IMG/VR virus record: IMGVR_UViG_3300042517_000577
Coordinates: 1-64,000 of that record
Origin: a virus
Direction: 5' to 3' (one strand)
DNA length: 64,000 nucleotides
Shown: piece after piece, positions 59,097 through 64,000 of the stretch
Numbering within the stretch: the stretch's first letter is position 1
How the letters are laid out: each line of letters starts with the position of its first letter
Position numbers and translations under genes: made by a program
Notes under the pieces: generated by a model
Told to the model about the DNA's origin: nothing
Databases searched by the model: none
What the model saw: only the letters and a program-made list of their open reading frames with translations

Positions 59097-60587
59097 ATGG
59101 CAGATCTTATTATATCCAAGAAAAATGAAATATATTTAAAAGTAGAATGCGAACCTCATATCAAATACGAACTGAGTGATCAATTTACTTTTGATGTTCC
59201 TGGGGCAAAGTTTATGCCTCAATTCAGGAGCAAGCATTGGGATGGAAAAATTAGATTATTCAACGTTCAAACTGGAGAGATCTATGTTGGTCTATTGGAT
59301 AAACTAATTACTTTTTGCGATAATCATAACTATAAGTTTGAGTTCAAAGAAAACAAATATTATGGATTTCCTGGAGAAGTAGATTCTACTATTTCTATGG
59401 AGGGAGTGAAAGATTATATGAAAAGTATATGCTCTCACGAACCAAGAGATTATCAAATACAAGGAGTTTATGATGCATTAAAATATAAAAGAAAGTTAAT
59501 TCTTTCTCCAACTGCATCTGGAAAATCTTTAATGATTTACTCTGTGGTTAGATATTTTGTCGAGAAAGGAAAGAACATACTCCTCATAGTCCCTACCACA
59601 TCACTCGTAGAACAGATGTATAAGGACTTTGAAGACTATGGATGGAACTCTGAGGCATATTGCCACAAAATCTATGGTGGAATGTCTAGAGAGGCAGAAA
59701 AACCAGTTACAATATCCACTTGGCAATCAATATACAAATTAGATAAATCTTATTTCCAAAACTATGATGTAGTCATTGGAGATGAGGCACATCAATTCAA
59801 ATCTAAATCTTTAATCAGCATTATGGATAAACTTCACGATGCAAAATATAGATTTGGATTTACTGGTACTTTAGATGGATCTCAAACTCACAAACTAGTT
59901 TTAGAAGGATTGTTTGGTCCAACATATAAACTTATCAAGACTGATGACCTCATTAAAAAGGGTTATCTATCTCAATTAAAAATTAAAGTTCTTCTTCTAT
60001 CTCATGACGATAATGAATTTAATGATTATGAAGAAGAAGTTCAATATTTAATTGGAAACGGTAAAAGAAATAATTTTATAAAAAATTTAGTTTTGGATTT
60101 AAAGGGAAATACTCTTGTATTGTTTAATCGTGTTGCAACTCATGGTCAACCATTATATGAACTCATAAATAAGAGTGCCAGTGAAAATAGAAAAATATTT
60201 TTTATTCATGGTGGAGTGGATACTGAAGAGAGAGAATTGGTAAGAAAAATTACCGAGGAAGAATCCAATGCGATTATTGTTGCTTCTTATGGCACTTTTA
60301 GTACAGGTATCAATATTAGAAACTTACACAATATTGTCTTCGCATCACCTTCAAAATCTAGAATAAGAAATCTCCAATCAATTGGAAGAGTTCTCCGAAA
60401 GGGAAAAGAAAAAGTATCAGCAACCTTATATGATATTGCTGATGAAGTTAAATACAAATCAAAAAGAAATTATACTTTAAATCATTTGATTGAAAGAATT
60501 AAAATTTACAATGAAGAAAACTTTGATTATGAAATTATCACCATCAACTTCAAAACAAATGGAAGAAGACTTTTATGCAACAATTAA
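59097..60587 (+). CDS. uvsW: DNA helicase UvsW
   Basis: WDGKIRLF, SPTASGKS, GDEAH, GFTGT, QSIGRVLR. Confidence 0.96.
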   Translation: MADLIISKKNEIYLKVECEPHIKYELSDQFTFDVPGAKFMPQFRSKHWDGKIRLFNVQTGEIYVGLLDKLITFCDNHNYKFEFKENKYYGFPGEVDSTISMEGVKDYMKSICSHEPRDYQIQGVYDALKYKRKLILSPTASGKSLMIYSVVRYFVEKGKNILLIVPTTSLVEQMYKDFEDYGWNSEAYCHKIYGGMSREAEKPVTISTWQSIYKLDKSYFQNYDVVIGDEAHQFKSKSLISIMDKLHDAKYRFGFTGTLDGSQTHKLVLEGLFGPTYKLIKTDDLIKKGYLSQLKIKVLLLSHDDNEFNDYEEEVQYLIGNGKRNNFIKNLVLDLKGNTLVLFNRVATHGQPLYELINKSASENRKIFFIHGGVDTEERELVRKITEEESNAIIVASYGTFSTGINIRNLHNIVFASPSKSRIRNLQSIGRVLRKGKEKVSATLYDIADEVKYKSKRNYTLNHLIERIKIYNEENFDYEIITINFKTNGRRLLCNN

Positions 60588-60936
60588 ATTAGTATCAGGA
60601 GAAGAGATATTTTCCTTGGTATGCATTAGTGAGGAAGATGATAGAAGATTTTTGATACTGGATAATCCAGTTATTATTACTCCTATTCAATCTAAATCCA
60701 GTCGTACTATGGGATACAAAGTTGTTCCCTGGGTTAATATCTCTGATGATGAAATGTTTATTCTTAACTTCGATAAAGTACTTACTATGACTGAAATTAA
60801 GGATGCAAACATAATATCAATCTATAAAAGATTTAATCGTCCAAGTGCTCAAGTACAAGTAACCAAGCAAATGGGTCTCATCTCTAAAGTTGATTCTGCG
60901 AGAGAAACCTTAGAAAGACTATATAAAAGTAATTAA
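60559..60936 (+). CDS. conserved Sm-fold-like hypothetical protein
   Basis: Likely start MEEDFYATIKLVSGEEI; conserved position between uvsW and gp55. Confidence 0.75.
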   Translation: MEEDFYATIKLVSGEEIFSLVCISEEDDRRFLILDNPVIITPIQSKSSRTMGYKVVPWVNISDDEMFILNFDKVLTMTEIKDANIISIYKRFNRPSAQVQVTKQMGLISKVDSARETLERLYKSN

Positions 60937-60968
60937 AGATATAACTAATCTTGAAACCCAACAGAGTG

Positions 60969-61030
60969 ATCCTACTCAAGGTTTCGTTTCCTGTCAAGCA
61001 CTTGTCAAAGGACTAATTTTAGAGTAGAGT
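60969..61030. promoter_or_regulatory. back-to-back sigma70 promoters
   Basis: Plus strand TTGTCA-17-TAGAGT (61002-61030); minus strand TTGACA-17-TAGGAT (60997-60969). Confidence 0.55.
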
Positions 61031-61060
61031 ATCAGCAATGTTAGGATTAAAAAATTTAAT

Positions 61061-61552
61061 ATGTTTTTAAAAGTTATGGTTAAGGAAAGAAAAAGATCAG
61101 AACATTATGTAAGCAATAAAGACTTTCATCAAGCTTTGGTTGATTATAAAAAACTTGTAGATGAAGCAAAAGATAAAAATCTACCAAAACCAAAAATTCC
61201 AAATTATATTGGAGAATGCTTTTTGAAGATTGCCACTCACTTATCATATAAACCGAACTTTGTGAATTATATGTTTAAGGATGATATGATATGTGATGGA
61301 ATTGAAAATTGTGTGTTATACATCCATAACTTTGATGTGACTAAAAAGAATCCTTTTGCCTATTTCACTCAAGTAATTTACTATGCCTTCTTGAGAAGGA
61401 TTGCAAAAGAAAAGAAACAACTGGAAATTAAAACAAAAATTATAGAAAAGTCAGGATTTGAAGAAGTTTTTAGTGCAGATAGTTCTGATGTTGGATATGA
61501 TCATGGCAATATGAATAGCATTAAGGATGGTATCAATTATAGATTTACATGA
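61061..61552 (+). CDS. gp55: late transcription sigma factor gp55
   Basis: HYVSNKDF, YIGECFLKIA, NPFAYFTQVIYYAFLRRI. Confidence 0.96.
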   Translation: MFLKVMVKERKRSEHYVSNKDFHQALVDYKKLVDEAKDKNLPKPKIPNYIGECFLKIATHLSYKPNFVNYMFKDDMICDGIENCVLYIHNFDVTKKNPFAYFTQVIYYAFLRRIAKEKKQLEIKTKIIEKSGFEEVFSADSSDVGYDHGNMNSIKDGINYRFT

Positions 61553-61567
61553 TTTTGGAGATTGCAA

Positions 61568-62608
61568 GTGAAGGTTTGTCTAATTACTGATACCCATTTT
61601 GGATTTAAGAAAGGGAATAAAATATTTCATGATTATTTTCAAAAGTTTTATGAGAATGTTTTTCATCCATACCTAATTAAGAATAATATTAATACGGTTA
61701 TTCATTTGGGAGATTCCTTTGATAATCGTAAAGGTATTGATTATTGGTCCCTGAAGTGGGCACAGGATATATTTTATGATACCCTAGAGACATTAGGAAT
61801 TACTGTTTATAATATTGTTGGTAATCACGATATCTATTATAAAAATACAAACTCTTTAAATTCATTAGAATATCTTCTACAAGATTACGATAACGTAATC
61901 AAAATATCTTCACCGACAGAAGTTAATATTGACGGACTTGACATTTTATTTTTACCCTGGATCAATCAAGAGAATGAAAAAACTACTTTCAACCTTATTC
62001 AAAACACAACTTGCCCGTGTGCGATGGGGCACCTTGAGTTCCAAGGATTTAGAGTTAATAAACAAATCATCATGGAGCACGGTCTGGAGAGCAAACTATT
62101 TGACAAGTTCCAACGTGTCTTCTCGGGACACTTTCACACTAGATCGAACAACGGAAGGATATTCTACGTAGGAAACCCTTATCACCTCTTCTGGAGTGAT
62201 TTAGGAGACCCTAGAGGGTTTACTGTGTTCGATACTGATACTATGGAACACGAGCATATCAATAATCCATATGATATTTTTAAAGTTATTGAATATGATG
62301 AAGATAACCTAAATGAAGATCTTAATGAATACGAAAATTGCATCGTAAAGGTTGTTGTAAAAAATAAAAACGATCAAAAGAAGTATGAGAAATATCTTGA
62401 TAAATTAGTTAAATGTAATCCATATGAATTGAAACTGATAGAATCTTGTATAATTAATACTAATATAGAACTACCAGAATCTAATGCCGAATCCGAGGAT
62501 ACTTTATCTTTACTAAAACGGTATGTAGATGAATCTGAAGTTAGTTTAAATAAGAATGAGATTAAGAGATTAATCAATTCAATATATCAAGAGTCTTATC
62601 AGATATAA
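61568..62608 (+). CDS. gp47: recombination endonuclease gp47 (Mre11/SbcD-like)
   Basis: ITDTHFG, HLGD, VGNHD, MGHLE, SGHFH; GTG start 7 nt after GGAG. Confidence 0.95.
   Translation: MKVCLITDTHFGFKKGNKIFHDYFQKFYENVFHPYLIKNNINTVIHLGDSFDNRKGIDYWSLKWAQDIFYDTLETLGITVYNIVGNHDIYYKNTNSLNSLEYLLQDYDNVIKISSPTEVNIDGLDILFLPWINQENEKTTFNLIQNTTCPCAMGHLEFQGFRVNKQIIMEHGLESKLFDKFQRVFSGHFHTRSNNGRIFYVGNPYHLFWSDLGDPRGFTVFDTDTMEHEHINNPYDIFKVIEYDEDNLNEDLNEYENCIVKVVVKNKNDQKKYEKYLDKLVKCNPYELKLIESCIINTNIELPESNAESEDTLSLLKRYVDESEVSLNKNEIKRLINSIYQESYQI
61974..62171 (+). CDS. candidate overlapping gene nested in gp47 (+1 frame)
   Basis: 65-aa ORF from ATG 61974; gp47 codon third positions turn C/G-rich over this span. 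Confidence 0.5.
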   Translation: MKKLLSTLFKTQLARVRWGTLSSKDLELINKSSWSTVWRANYLTSSNVSSRDTFTLDRTTEGYST

Positions 62609-62610
62609 TA

Positions 62611-62892
62611 ATGTATATTCTTACTCTGGCATCAAATCAAAATGAAGGAGCATTTGCCATCGAAGATGAGTATGGTGATAATGTCCTGATGATTTTTGAA
62701 GAATATGATGATGCTGAAAGATATATTTCAATGTTGGATGAATTGGATTATCCCGAAATGGAAATCACAGAAGTAGAAAGGGAAACTGTAATAATTGCTT
62801 GTGAAACATTCAACTATGAATATGTTATAATTACTCCAAATGATCTAGTTGTTCCTCCAAATTATGATAAAATTTCAAAAAATTCGTTATAA
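62611..62892 (+). CDS. conserved hypothetical protein between gp47 and gp46
   Basis: FEEYDDAERY, ITPNDLVVPP. Confidence 0.8.
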   Translation: MYILTLASNQNEGAFAIEDEYGDNVLMIFEEYDDAERYISMLDELDYPEMEITEVERETVIIACETFNYEYVIITPNDLVVPPNYDKISKNSL

Positions 62893-64000
62893 AAATTTAT
62901 TATCTTCTGGTAATTATTGGACTACTATAGATTTACTGAAGAACAATTCCACATTAATTATTGGACAAAATGGAGCAGGAAAAAGTACATTACTGGATGC
63001 CTTAACTTTTGTTTTATTCAATAAACCTTTTCGGAAGATAACCAAAGGTCAACTAGTAAACACTGTAAATGAAAAGGATTGTGTAGTTGAAATTGATTTC
63101 TTGGTAAACGCAGATCAGTATAAAATTATAAGAGGAATAAAACCTAGTATATTCAAAATTGAAAAGAACGGAAAGTTATTGGACGAACTATCGTCTTCTA
63201 CCGATCAGCAAAAATGGTTGGAGCAAAATTTATTAAAACTAAATTATAAATCTTTTACTCAGATTGTAATACTCGGGTCATCAAATTTTGTTCCATTTAT
63301 GCAACTTTCTTCTCAACATCGTAGAGAAGTGGTCGAAGATTTACTAGACATCAAAATATTTTCTTCGATGAATGATGTCACTAAAAATAAAATTAGGAGT
63401 TTAAGAGATGATATCAAAGAAACTGAATACAAAAAAGAAAATATTGAAGATAAAATTGAATCACAAAAGACACTCATTGCTGAACTTGAAAACAGAAACA
63501 AGGAAGATGTTGAGGAAAAGGAAAGAAAGCAATCTGAAATAGAATTAGAAGTATCTCAACTTCAAGATAAAATTACTAAGAATCTTTCTTTTGTATCTGA
63601 TAAGCAGGATGAGTTAAAGGCAGTATCTAAATCACAATCCAAAATTAAAAAGTTAGACATACTAAAAGCAAAATTACTTCAAAAGGTATCTAATTTTACT
63701 GAAGATTGTGACTTCTTCGAGAATAATGATACTTGCCCTACCTGCACTCAATCTATTGAAAATGAATTTAGGTTAAATAAGATTGCTAGTATTAAAGGTA
63801 AGCAAGATGAATTGAAAGTTGCTTGTGAAGAACTTGAAACTAACATTCGTAATGAGAAGAAAAATGAATCTAAATTTCTAAAAATATCAGATGAAATTAC
63901 CAAATCCAATAGTCAAATTAGTTTGGACCAAATTAAAATATCTCAATTGGAGAAACAGAAGAAAGAACTCCAATCTGAAATTCAAAGACTTATCACCAAA
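62864..64000 (+). CDS. gp46: recombination ATPase gp46 (Rad50/SbcC-like), 3'-truncated
   Basis: Read manually: MIKFQKIRYKNLLSSGN, GQNGAGKST, FTQIVILGSSNFVPFMQL, CPTC hook. Confidence 0.95.
   Translation, partial: MIKFQKIRYKNLLSSGNYWTTIDLLKNNSTLIIGQNGAGKSTLLDALTFVLFNKPFRKITKGQLVNTVNEKDCVVEIDFLVNADQYKIIRGIKPSIFKIEKNGKLLDELSSSTDQQKWLEQNLLKLNYKSFTQIVILGSSNFVPFMQLSSQHRREVVEDLLDIKIFSSMNDVTKNKIRSLRDDIKETEYKKENIEDKIESQKTLIAELENRNKEDVEEKERKQSEIELEVSQLQDKITKNLSFVSDKQDELKAVSKSQSKIKKLDILKAKLLQKVSNFTEDCDFFENNDTCPTCTQSIENEFRLNKIASIKGKQDELKVACEELETNIRNEKKNESKFLKISDEITKSNSQISLDQIKISQLEKQKKELQSEIQRLITK

Noticed and set aside
16538-64000. Stop-codon reassignment, introns or inteins in core genes
   Set aside because: Core genes are intact with expected lengths under the standard code; no intein or intron signatures seen in gp17, gp20, gp23 or uvsW

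Overview
This is a 64 kb segment of a T4-like cyanophage (Kyanoviridae-type myovirus) genome. It uses the standard genetic code and essentially all genes are on the + strand. It has three parts. (1) 1-13.3 kb is an early/accessory region of small ORFs organised into modules. Each module is headed by a conserved GTGCCAC-N8-(G/C)TGGCAC-type palindrome 29-31 nt upstream of a sigma70 -10 box. Cargo includes tRNA-Arg(TCT), tRNA-Thr(TGT), an HNH nuclease, an SF2 helicase, a putative restriction endonuclease + Dam-family methylase pair and an ArdA-like anti-restriction protein. (2) 13.3-14.0 kb is non-coding, with clustered cyanobacterial-type DnaA boxes (TTTTCCACA) and divergent sigma70 promoters, a candidate origin. 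(3) 14-64 kb is the conserved T4-like virion and recombination block: gp25, gp6, gp7, gp8, DUF4815-type protein, gp13-gp23, gp3, uvsY, uvsW, gp55, gp47 and a partial gp46. The notable anomalies are a gp14 split in two by an inserted fibre cassette bounded by in-frame 8-bp direct repeats, a probable overlapping gene nested in gp47, and proteins with T4-like capsid-targeting sequences. All family assignments come from motif recognition and synteny; no database searches were run.
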